A stretch of 64,000 nucleotides of DNA, taken from positions 167,864 to 231,863 of the forward strand of contig CAWFBR010000003.1 in NCBI GenBank assembly GCA_963814125.1, written 5' to 3'. The notes beneath the pieces were generated by a model. That model saw nothing but the letters and a program-made list of their open reading frames with translations, did no database searches and was not told where the DNA came from. Shown here piece by piece: positions 47,146 to 55,800 of the stretch (its first letter is position 1; each line of letters begins with the position of its first letter). The translations under genes and the position numbers were made by a program. Origin of the DNA: an uncultured Chloroflexia bacterium (GTDB lineage: Bacteria > Chloroflexota > Limnocylindria > Limnocylindrales > CSP1-4).

Positions 47146-48612
47146 CTACGTGCCGCAGGTGAAGGCTGGATCGGCCTTGCCGGTCCAGAGGCTTTGCTCG
47201 CCGAACATCTGCCTCGACAGGTCGGCCACCCTGTTGTAGTTCAGGCACGAGGCGCCGGAGGGCAGGTAGCCCCAGAAATACTCTCCGTCGAGCACTACCT
47301 GTGTGAAGTTGCCTGTGGGCACGTCCTGGCCGATGGCGACGTAGTCGGCCACCTGGTCCGCCGGGAAGGTCGTCGTGACGCTCGACGCCAGCGTGTCTAT
47401 CAGTCTCGGGAGATTCAGCAACTGGTCTGGCTGAGCCATCTTGTGAAGGAGCGCCAGCAATACCTGCTGCTGCCGGCCCTGCCTGCTGAAGTCGCTCTGG
47501 CCGGCGCTGTGGCGCGACCTGACGTACGCAAGGGCGTGCTTACCGTCCAGGTGTTGCGGCCCGGCCGGAAGGTAGAAACCGTAGGGCGACCCATCCATCC
47601 AGTCGTAGCCTGGCCACGACCCGGAAGCGCAGTCGCAGATGGTGCTCGGGTTGTCCACGTCGATTCCGCCCACCATGTCGACCATCTTCACGAACGCGGC
47701 CAGATCCATGACGGCGTAGTAGTCGATGTGGACGCCGACGAGGTACTGCACCTCGTTGACCAGCGTTATGTACGGGCTGTCGGGCGACTTGAATCCGGCG
47801 TGAACGTCCGTCGGAAGGGCGTTGATCCTCATCCAGCTCGGAGCGACGCCACCGTAGTAGAGGGGGAAGTTGGAGATGTCGCGGGGGACGCTGACCATCT
47901 GGACCGAGTTCGTCTTCGGGTCGTAGCTAACGACCATGATCGAGTCGTAGAGATGCTCTTGCCGGCTCGTCGACGAGTCCACGCCGTTGAAGAGGATGGT
48001 CACGCGACTGCCGATCGCCGGCGGGACCGCCGTGGCCGTGGCACTGCTCGTCGGTCCCGGAGTCACGCCGGGAGCCAGGGACGGAGTGGCAAGGTCGACC
48101 AGGTCGGGGTTGGGCGTGAACACCCGCGATCCGGCGTTGTACGTGACCCAAAGCATGTAGCCGGCGGCACTGTGGCTAACCACGATCACCGCGACCAGGG
48201 CCCCCAGCACGGCTCGCTCGAGCGTTCGGCGGGTATTGAGCGCCTCGCCGGCTACGAAGGCGTGCGCCACCGAGGCGACGCGCCACGCCCCCAGAAGAGC
48301 GACGATGAGCAAGGCGGCCAGGGCGAAACGCGGGCTGACCAGCCGTGCCCCAAAGACGAAGAGCCCCTGGCGCATCTGATAGAGCAGGACGAGCAGGACC
48401 AGCACCGCCGGCACGGCAAAAACGAGCGCGAGTCGGCGCCTGCCCGTATAGAACTGCCCCAGACCGGGCCACAGGAACGAAAGTAGAGCGGCCACCGAAC
48501 GCGAGCGCCCGCTGCCGCTGGGGGTCGACGATCCGGGTCGGAAGAACGACACCAGGGCCGCCCGCGATCGCGCGCGCCAGCCACCCCTCGGAGTCGGTGA
48601 TGTCTTGTCCAA
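47146..48612 (-). CDS. LCP (LytR-CpsA-Psr) family glycopolymer transferase
   Basis: N-terminal TM segments, GVD, DSIMV, SVPRD, RINA, YVRSRH, SDFSRQGRQQ. Confidence 0.9.
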   Translation of the reverse strand: MDKTSPTPRGGWRARSRAALVSFFRPGSSTPSGSGRSRSVAALLSFLWPGLGQFYTGRRRLALVFAVPAVLVLLVLLYQMRQGLFVFGARLVSPRFALAALLIVALLGAWRVASVAHAFVAGEALNTRRTLERAVLGALVAVIVVSHSAAGYMLWVTYNAGSRVFTPNPDLVDLATPSLAPGVTPGPTSSATATAVPPAIGSRVTILFNGVDSSTSRQEHLYDSIMVVSYDPKTNSVQMVSVPRDISNFPLYYGGVAPSWMRINALPTDVHAGFKSPDSPYITLVNEVQYLVGVHIDYYAVMDLAAFVKMVDMVGGIDVDNPSTICDCASGSWPGYDWMDGSPYGFYLPAGPQHLDGKHALAYVRSRHSAGQSDFSRQGRQQQVLLALLHKMAQPDQLLNLPRLIDTLASSVTTTFPADQVADYVAIGQDVPTGNFTQVVLDGEYFWGYLPSGASCLNYNRVADLSRQMFGEQSLWTGKADPAFTCGT

Positions 48613-48736
48613 AGCGATGGGACTCTAGCACACAAGCGCGCCGGCCCGGGAACCCGGTTGCGTCCGCGGCCGGCACGAGCGATACTCGCTCCTCGGGCCG
48701 GGGTGGAATTGGCGTGCCCGGGAGGAAAGGAAAAGA

Positions 48737-50152
48737 ATGATCCGCCGCTACGCAGCGGTGTTCCGCTGGATCCTGGCGGTCGCGGACGTTGTTCTGGCAC
48801 TGCTTGTCGTCGCGGGTGCCGTCACCTTCAGATTCGGCCAGGCATGGGCGTGGCCGGAGGATGTGTCGAACTCGCTGCCCGACACGAACCTGGCGATCGC
48901 CGTCTTCGTGGCGATTTGGATCGCCGTTCTGTGGATGCACGGCCTGTATCGCAGCCGGGCGCGCCTGACCAACCGCGGCGAGGTCATGGTTGTCCTGCGA
49001 GCCACGCTCGTGCAGATCGTGATCACGCTGAGCCTGCTGTACCTCTTCAAGCTGCCGGACGTCAGCCGTCTGCTCCTGGTCGTAGTGTTCCCGGCGCTGG
49101 CCGCGGCTGCGATCGCGATTCGGATCGTCGTGAGGGAAATCCTGGTGCTCGCCCGGGATCACGGTCGGAACGTCCGCTACATGCTCGTCCTGGGAGCGAA
49201 CACAGGGGCAAAGGCCTTTGCCGATCTCGTCGAGAGCCATGCCGAACTCGGCCTGGTGGTCATCGGCCACCTTCAGGCAGGCGCGGCCGATGTGGGCGAC
49301 ACCGGTGATCGGCCCGTGCTGGGCATGATCGACGATCTCGAGCAGATACTCCACAAGCAGATCGTCGACGAAGTAGCCATCTGCCTGCCGTTCTCCATGG
49401 AGGAGCTCATCGAGCAATCCGTCTACCTGTGCGAGCAGGAGGGTAAGGTCGTCAGGATGCCGGTTGCGCCCGTCGAACGCGTCCTTACGTCCGGCCGACT
49501 CGAGACCATCGACGGTGTCGGCGTCTACTCGCTGACCAACGGCCCCGATCGCGCCTTCAGCTTGATCCTGAAGCGAGTCCTGGACGTCGCGGGCTCCGCC
49601 GTGCTGCTCGTCGCGTTGTCCCCGTTGTTGCTGGTCCTGGCCGCGTTGATCAAGCTGGACTCCGAAGGGCCGGTCCTATTCCGTCAGGCCCGAGTCGGGC
49701 TTCACGGACGTCCCATCAACGTGCTCAAGTTCAGGAGCATGTGCAATGGAGCCGAGGAACAGCTCGAGGATCTGCGCCAGCACAACGAGATCAACGGCCA
49801 CGCCTTCAAGCTGGCAAACGACCCCAGAATCACCAGAGTGGGTCGCTTCCTGCGGCGCTCCTCGCTCGATGAGCTACCGCAACTCTGGAACGTGTTCCGC
49901 GGGGAGATGAGCCTGGTCGGACCGCGCCCGCCGTTGCCCAGTGAGGTTGCCAACTACGACATCTGGCATCGCCGCCGGCTATCGATGAAGCCGGGCATGA
50001 CCGGCCTCTGGCAGGTTGGGGCGCGCAGCAGCCCGGAGTTCGACCATTGGGTCGAGCAGGACCTCGAGTACATCGACAGCTGGTCACTCTGGCTCGATCT
50101 CAAGATCATTGCCCGAACGGTCCCGGCGATGATCAACGGAGACGGGCGATAG
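48737..50152 (+). CDS. Priming glycosyl-1-phosphate transferase (WcaJ/CpsE-like)
   Basis: Four TM segments plus KRVLD, KFRSM, DELPQL, VGPRP, KPGMTGLWQV. Strong RBS. Confidence 0.92.
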   Translation: MIRRYAAVFRWILAVADVVLALLVVAGAVTFRFGQAWAWPEDVSNSLPDTNLAIAVFVAIWIAVLWMHGLYRSRARLTNRGEVMVVLRATLVQIVITLSLLYLFKLPDVSRLLLVVVFPALAAAAIAIRIVVREILVLARDHGRNVRYMLVLGANTGAKAFADLVESHAELGLVVIGHLQAGAADVGDTGDRPVLGMIDDLEQILHKQIVDEVAICLPFSMEELIEQSVYLCEQEGKVVRMPVAPVERVLTSGRLETIDGVGVYSLTNGPDRAFSLILKRVLDVAGSAVLLVALSPLLLVLAALIKLDSEGPVLFRQARVGLHGRPINVLKFRSMCNGAEEQLEDLRQHNEINGHAFKLANDPRITRVGRFLRRSSLDELPQLWNVFRGEMSLVGPRPPLPSEVANYDIWHRRRLSMKPGMTGLWQVGARSSPEFDHWVEQDLEYIDSWSLWLDLKIIARTVPAMINGDGR

Positions 50153-50189
50153 TCCCTGCCCGACTCGCGCCGGAGCCGAGATTCCTGTC

Positions 50190-51065
50190 GTGAGTTCCCG
50201 CTCTCTCCGCCATCCGGGCCTCGGCCTCCGCCGTTTGACGAAGAAGGCGCGGCGGTGGCTCTGGCGGCCGCCTGAGGTCTCACAAGCGCGGCTCAGGCGA
50301 TTCCTCCGGGAGATGGACGCGCGGCCTCGAACGGAGTTGCCACGCGAGGCCCCGGGCTCGCTCTCGGTGGTGGTCCCCTGCTTCGGGCACTCCGAGTTTC
50401 TCCCCGACCTGCTCGAAAGCATCGCCGCCCAGACTCGTCAGCCCGACGAAGTCGTCTTCGTGGACGACGCCTCGCCCGACGCCACGAACGAGATCGTGAA
50501 GGCGTTTGTCGCATCTCGACAGGCGCCGGATGGTGGTCGGGTCGTGGTCCTCGTGAACGACCGAAACATGGGTCAGGCTGCCAGTCTGAACAGAGGGATC
50601 TCGGCTGCGTCGAGCGACCTGGTCATGATCGCCAACGACGACGACTACCTCATGCATGACGCCGTGGAGACGATGCTGGCTCTCTTCGGACAGCATCGCG
50701 ACGTGGCCCTGATAGGCGCCCACAGCATCCATTTCGCAGGCCGCGAGGAGTTGGCCGCCGCCTCGAAGCGCAGCACCGCATACGGACCCCCCGGACTGCC
50801 GCTCGTGATACACAGACCGGAAGATGTGCCCGGCTATCGGCACTACAGCGACTTGAACATGACCCATTCCGGATCATGCTTCTTGAGGGCCGCCTGGGCA
50901 GCAGTCGGCGGATACCGCGTCGCCAAGGAGGAGCGGGTCGTGCCCTTCTCGGATCGGGACTTCCAGCTCCGGGTGAATGCCGTCTGGCCCGTCGCGGTTG
51001 CAAACCAGACGCCGCTCTCGTTCTGGCGAACCGACGCGAGCGTGGATGGCGGCCTGAACTCCTGA
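50190..51065 (+). CDS. GT2 glycosyltransferase
   Basis: SVVVPCF, VDDASPD, N.G.A..LN.G, NDDD, GGY, SDRDF. Confidence 0.85.
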   Translation: MSSRSLRHPGLGLRRLTKKARRWLWRPPEVSQARLRRFLREMDARPRTELPREAPGSLSVVVPCFGHSEFLPDLLESIAAQTRQPDEVVFVDDASPDATNEIVKAFVASRQAPDGGRVVVLVNDRNMGQAASLNRGISAASSDLVMIANDDDYLMHDAVETMLALFGQHRDVALIGAHSIHFAGREELAAASKRSTAYGPPGLPLVIHRPEDVPGYRHYSDLNMTHSGSCFLRAAWAAVGGYRVAKEERVVPFSDRDFQLRVNAVWPVAVANQTPLSFWRTDASVDGGLNS

Positions 51066-51120
51066 CGGCTGGGGCGACCCTTTCCCGACTGCCGACGGCG
51101 GCTAGCGCTCGAAGGTCACG

Positions 51121-53538
51121 TCAAGGAGCGAAGTAGCCGGTCACGTCGAAGATCGCGTGAGCCGTGGCGACCCCGGCCGATGCGACGTAGGTGACGCTGA
51201 GGGTGCCTCCACCGCCGAGGGCGACGGTCACCCCGTTGGCTCGGTCGTCGCCGACCGGGAAGTTGAGAGTGGAGCTGGTCGGGTTGTTCGTGGCGTTCGG
51301 ACCGATGAAGTGATAGCCGTTGCTGCTCTGGGCAGTCACGGTCAGGTTGCCGGTCACGGCTACGGCATCGGCCGGCACGCCGCCACGGTTGGCGACCGCG
51401 AACGTACGCGAGACGTGCGAGGCGAAGGGCCCAGACAGCCCCGTTCCGTTGCGGCTGTCGAGGAGGCGCGACGGGTTGAGGGGGATGTACGCCGAGCCGC
51501 TTGAACCAGGCACGAAGTAACCGGTCACGTCGAAGATCACATGGGCCGTGGCCACCCCGGCCGAGGCGACGAAGGTGACGCTCAGGGTCCCTCCCGCGCC
51601 GAGGGCCACCGTCACTCCGTTGGCCCGATCGTCGCCGACGGGGAAATTGAGAGTGGAGCTGGTCGGGTTGTTCGTGGCGTTCGGACCGACGAACAGGTAG
51701 CCGTTGCCGGTCTGGGCGGTCACGGTCAGGTTGCCGGTCACGGAAGTGGCATTGGCCGGCACGCCGCCGACACCTGCGACCGCGAACGTACGCGCCACAT
51801 GGGAGCTGAAGGGCCCGGAGAGACCCGTTCCGTTGCGGCTGTCGAGGAGGCGCGACGGGTTGAGCGCCACGTATTTCGAGCCGCTCGCATCCGGAACGAA
51901 GTAACCGGTCACGTCGAAGATCACATGGGCCGTAGCCACCCCGGCCGAGGCGACGTAGGTGACGCTCAGCGTCCCTCCCGCGCCGAGGGCCACCGTCACT
52001 CCGTTGGCCCGATCGTCGCCGACCGGGAAGTTGAGAGTGGAGCTGGTCGGGTTGTTCGTGGCGTTCGGACCGACGAACAGGTAGCCGCTGCTGGTCTGGG
52101 CGGTCACGGTCAGGTTGCCTGTCACGGCTACGGCGCCGGCCGGTACGCCGCCACGGTTGGCGACCTGGAACGTCCTCGCCACGTGCGAGCTGAAGGGGCC
52201 AGACAACCCCGTGCCGTTGCGGCTGTCGAGAAGGCGCGACGGGTTGAGGGGGACGTACGTGGAGCCGCTCCTATCGGCCGTGAAGGCGGCGATGCCGTTC
52301 GGTGTGCCCAGACCGGTCGGGCCGTCGTAGCCGGCGACTCCGTTGCAGAGGTAGCTGCCGATGGGGCAGTTGCCCCAATGGACGTCGTTGTTACCGCCTA
52401 CCACGTCGTTGAGGCCCGAGACTGCCGCGTACAGGTAGCTGGCGGGATAGGTCCCGGCCGCCGGACCGCCGGCCAGGGCGTACACGGACGCGATGATCGG
52501 CGACGCCACGCTTGTGCCACCGAAGGTCCCCCAGGTGCCGCTGTAGTAGACGGCGACCGGAGTGGCCCCATCCGCCACGGCCGAGACGTCGGCCTGGGTC
52601 CGGTTGCCACATTCCGCGTCGCGCTGCCAGCTGGGCTTGGACTCGTACAAGGAGCAGCCGCTGCCCGCACCGCTGGTCGGACCGGTGCCCCAGGCGGTCT
52701 CCGTCCAGCCGCGGGCGCTCCCGTCGCGCACCAGGCGTGTGCCGCCGACGGCGACCACGTACCGCGACGCGGCCGGGTATTGGACGGCCTGGACGAAGCC
52801 GCTCGGACCCAGTGCGCACTCCCACCCGCAGTCACCAGTGGAGGCGGTGATGGCCACCCCCGGATGGTTGAAGAAGGCCGCATCCAGTGCGGCGTTGTAA
52901 CTGCTTTCGGGGCCGCCGTAGCTGTTGGAGACGGCCACCGCGCCCAGCGATACCGCGGTGTTGACGCTGGCGCCGAGGTCCGTCGTGAGGGAGCTGTTCG
53001 CCTCGACGAGCAGGATGTTGCAGTACGGGCAGGCCGCCGAAACCATGTCGATGTCCAGGGCGATCTCCGCGCCCCATGCGGCATTGGCAGCAGGGTAGCT
53101 GTCCTGCTCGCCGGCCTGGTTGACCTTGCGGAAGCAGCCGTTGTCCGTAGTGCATTCGGGCAGGCCGAACTGGCTGCGGTATGCCGCGAGGTCGGCTTCG
53201 GCCGTCGGAAGATCGTAGGCGTCGACGACGGCAACGGTCAGCCCGGAGCCCGCGCTTCCGCCCGGCAGGGCGTAGGCGCTCTGGATATCCGCCGGGCCGA
53301 ATCCGGACGGTGTGGAATTGGGCGTCATCGCGGAGGCGGGCTGCGCCGGGATGTCCGTCCGGCGGAGGGCAAGACATTCGGAGTGACCGGGGGCCGGGGC
53401 AGGACAGACAGCCTCAACCGTAACCGTCTCCGGCGGAGCCGAGGCGGCAGCCGGCAAGGCACCGAAGAGCGGAGCTGCCAGAGCAGCCAGAACGACGCTC
53501 GCCGCGACCCGGCGCGCCACCCTTGAGGTTATGACCAC
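51121..53538 (-). CDS. Secreted S53 (sedolisin-like) peptidase with three C-terminal ~125-aa repeats
   Basis: Signal peptide, EIALDID, SNSYG, STGD.G, GGTSVASP, GYDGPTGLGTP. GGAGG RBS plus GTG. Confidence 0.87.
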   Translation of the reverse strand: MVITSRVARRVAASVVLAALAAPLFGALPAAASAPPETVTVEAVCPAPAPGHSECLALRRTDIPAQPASAMTPNSTPSGFGPADIQSAYALPGGSAGSGLTVAVVDAYDLPTAEADLAAYRSQFGLPECTTDNGCFRKVNQAGEQDSYPAANAAWGAEIALDIDMVSAACPYCNILLVEANSSLTTDLGASVNTAVSLGAVAVSNSYGGPESSYNAALDAAFFNHPGVAITASTGDCGWECALGPSGFVQAVQYPAASRYVVAVGGTRLVRDGSARGWTETAWGTGPTSGAGSGCSLYESKPSWQRDAECGNRTQADVSAVADGATPVAVYYSGTWGTFGGTSVASPIIASVYALAGGPAAGTYPASYLYAAVSGLNDVVGGNNDVHWGNCPIGSYLCNGVAGYDGPTGLGTPNGIAAFTADRSGSTYVPLNPSRLLDSRNGTGLSGPFSSHVARTFQVANRGGVPAGAVAVTGNLTVTAQTSSGYLFVGPNATNNPTSSTLNFPVGDDRANGVTVALGAGGTLSVTYVASAGVATAHVIFDVTGYFVPDASGSKYVALNPSRLLDSRNGTGLSGPFSSHVARTFAVAGVGGVPANATSVTGNLTVTAQTGNGYLFVGPNATNNPTSSTLNFPVGDDRANGVTVALGAGGTLSVTFVASAGVATAHVIFDVTGYFVPGSSGSAYIPLNPSRLLDSRNGTGLSGPFASHVSRTFAVANRGGVPADAVAVTGNLTVTAQSSNGYHFIGPNATNNPTSSTLNFPVGDDRANGVTVALGGGGTLSVTYVASAGVATAHAIFDVTGYFAP

Positions 53539-53576
53539 CCGTACCCCTCCTGGACTGCCCCACAATTCGCGACCTG

Positions 53577-55535
53577 CTACCTCACAAAGTAGCCGGTCCC
53601 GTCGAAGATCACCTGGGCAATCGGACCCGAATTCGGAGCGACGAACGTGACGCTGAGATTCCCCCCGCCCAGGGCCACGGTCACCCCGTTGGCCCTATCG
53701 TCGCCGACCGGGAAGTTGAGAGTGGAGCTGGTCGGATCGTTCGTCGCGTTCGGGCCGATGTACAGGTAGCCGTTGCTGGTCTGACTCGTGACGGTCAGGT
53801 TGCCCGTCACGGCAGTCGCGTTAGCTGGCACGCCGCCTTGGCCCGCGACCCCGAAAGTGCGCGCCGCATGCGAGCCGAATGGACCCGACAACCCCGTGCC
53901 GGTACGGGAGTCGAGGAGGCGCGATGGCGTGAGAGGTACGTACCTGGCGCCGCTGGTATCGGGCACGAAATAGCCGGTCACGTCGAAGATCACGTGGGCT
54001 ATGGGACCCGAGGACGGAGCGACGAAGGTGACTCCGAGCTTCCCTCCGCTGCCGAGAGCTACCGTGACGCCGTTGGCTCGGTCGTCACCGACGGGGAAAT
54101 TGAGAGTCGAGCTGGTCGGATCGTTCGTCGCGTTCGGACCGATGAATAGATAGCCGTTGCTGGTCTGGCCGGTCACGGTCAGGTTGCCGGTCACGGCCGT
54201 CGCGTTGGCCGGCACGCCGCCACGGCCTGTGACCTGGAACGCACGTGCGACGTGCGAGGCGAAGGGGCCGGAGAGGCCCGTTCCGTAGCGGCTGTCGAGG
54301 AGCCGCGCAGGGGTGACCGCGGCGTAGGTTGCGCCGCTCGTGTCGGGCACGAAGTAACCGGTCACATCGAAGATCACGTGGGCCGTGGTGCCGTGGTTCG
54401 GGGAGACATAGGTGACGCTCAAGGTGCCTCCGCTGCCGAGGGCAACGGTAACCGCGTTGGCCCGATCATCACCGACCGGGAAGTTGAGAGTCGAGGTCGC
54501 CGGGTAGTTCGTCGGGTCAGGACCGATTGTCAGATAGCCGCGGCTGGTCTGCGCGGTCACTGTGAGGTTGCCTGTTACCGCGGTAGCGTTGGCGGGTACG
54601 CCGCCGGTGCCGGCCACCTGGAAGATACGCGCCGAGTTCGTGGTGAAGACACTCGACAGGCCGATTCCGAAGCGAGTGTCGAGAATCCTGGTCGGGGTGA
54701 GCGGGAAGTAGGTGGTGGGGTCGTAGGTCTTCACCTGCCCGACGTTGTCGGTGGTCAGGCCCGGCAGAGACACCAGGGACCGGTAGTAGCCGCTCTCCGG
54801 CTCCGCATCAGGGTCGATCTGGGACGTGTACCCGGCGTTGTACGTGCTTCCCCAAGAGATGAAGTGGTTGTGGGCTCCGGGGTAGCTCCTCCACATCTGG
54901 TCGATCGTCTCGTGCTGAGTGAAGAGGGCGTCGATGTACGGACTCAGGCTGCCGTGACCCTCCGCGATCACGGCTCTCGCGTTGCCCTGGAGGAAGCCCG
55001 AGGCGTAGCCGTCGACACGCGTATGGGCAACAGAGGGGGACGGGGCAGCCAGGCCCGGCTCAGAGTTACCTGACGCGTAGCAGAGGTGATTGAGCAGGAC
55101 TATGGCGTTGGTCGCCAGGCCGAGCTGGGCCATGTAGCCCGCGCCGTAGTACTGGGTGTTGTTGTTGCTGCCGGAGGCACTCGCGTTGAGGCCCATGCCG
55201 TTGTCGCCGGCTACCGGGTGGACGTTGTACGGGTTCGGGTAGCCGCTGCCGTGGCCCAGGTAGACCAGGATGCTCGCGCCCGCGGCGGCCGTCGAGACCG
55301 CGGCCCACGTCGCGTTCGGCGAGTAGACCTTCACGATGTTGCTCGTGTATTTGGAGAAGGTGGCGGCGTAGCCCTCGGCGTTGGATATGTAGGACGCCGT
55401 GGTGCCCTCAGTCGCCCCGACAACGAGGACGACCTTCACCCCCGAGCTAACCGCAGCGACGCTCTTCACGCCTACACCGGGGCCGAGGGCGGCTACGAGC
55501 AGACCGATGACAAGGGCGGCGATCAGCTTTCGCAT
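53577..55535 (-). CDS. Secreted protein with clan CD (gingipain/caspase-like) His-Cys domain and three C-terminal repeats
   Basis: Signal peptide MRKLIAALV; ILVYLGHG and IVLLNHLCY motifs. GGAGG RBS. Confidence 0.7.
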   Translation of the reverse strand: MRKLIAALVIGLLVAALGPGVGVKSVAAVSSGVKVVLVVGATEGTTASYISNAEGYAATFSKYTSNIVKVYSPNATWAAVSTAAAGASILVYLGHGSGYPNPYNVHPVAGDNGMGLNASASGSNNNTQYYGAGYMAQLGLATNAIVLLNHLCYASGNSEPGLAAPSPSVAHTRVDGYASGFLQGNARAVIAEGHGSLSPYIDALFTQHETIDQMWRSYPGAHNHFISWGSTYNAGYTSQIDPDAEPESGYYRSLVSLPGLTTDNVGQVKTYDPTTYFPLTPTRILDTRFGIGLSSVFTTNSARIFQVAGTGGVPANATAVTGNLTVTAQTSRGYLTIGPDPTNYPATSTLNFPVGDDRANAVTVALGSGGTLSVTYVSPNHGTTAHVIFDVTGYFVPDTSGATYAAVTPARLLDSRYGTGLSGPFASHVARAFQVTGRGGVPANATAVTGNLTVTGQTSNGYLFIGPNATNDPTSSTLNFPVGDDRANGVTVALGSGGKLGVTFVAPSSGPIAHVIFDVTGYFVPDTSGARYVPLTPSRLLDSRTGTGLSGPFGSHAARTFGVAGQGGVPANATAVTGNLTVTSQTSNGYLYIGPNATNDPTSSTLNFPVGDDRANGVTVALGGGNLSVTFVAPNSGPIAQVIFDGTGYFVR

Positions 55536-55800
55536 TGCGAGGCCTCCGAGATGGTCTCCGGCAGCGACTCTGCCCGGATCCGCTATCAGCCCCAAGGAGA
55601 GGACCGTTTAGGACATGGTTCTGTTTGTCCGCCAAGGGTGTCACGGAGAGAAGGCCCGGAGCAATCGTGCCTTCGTCCCAGGACCGAGTGGCCCATTTGG
55701 AGTATTAGGGTGGAGTTAGGGGTCAAAGGTGACGGTGGTGTGCGGTTCGAGTTTGACCTTACCAGACAGGCGGCATACGTACCTCCGGCCGGGCGGTGGA

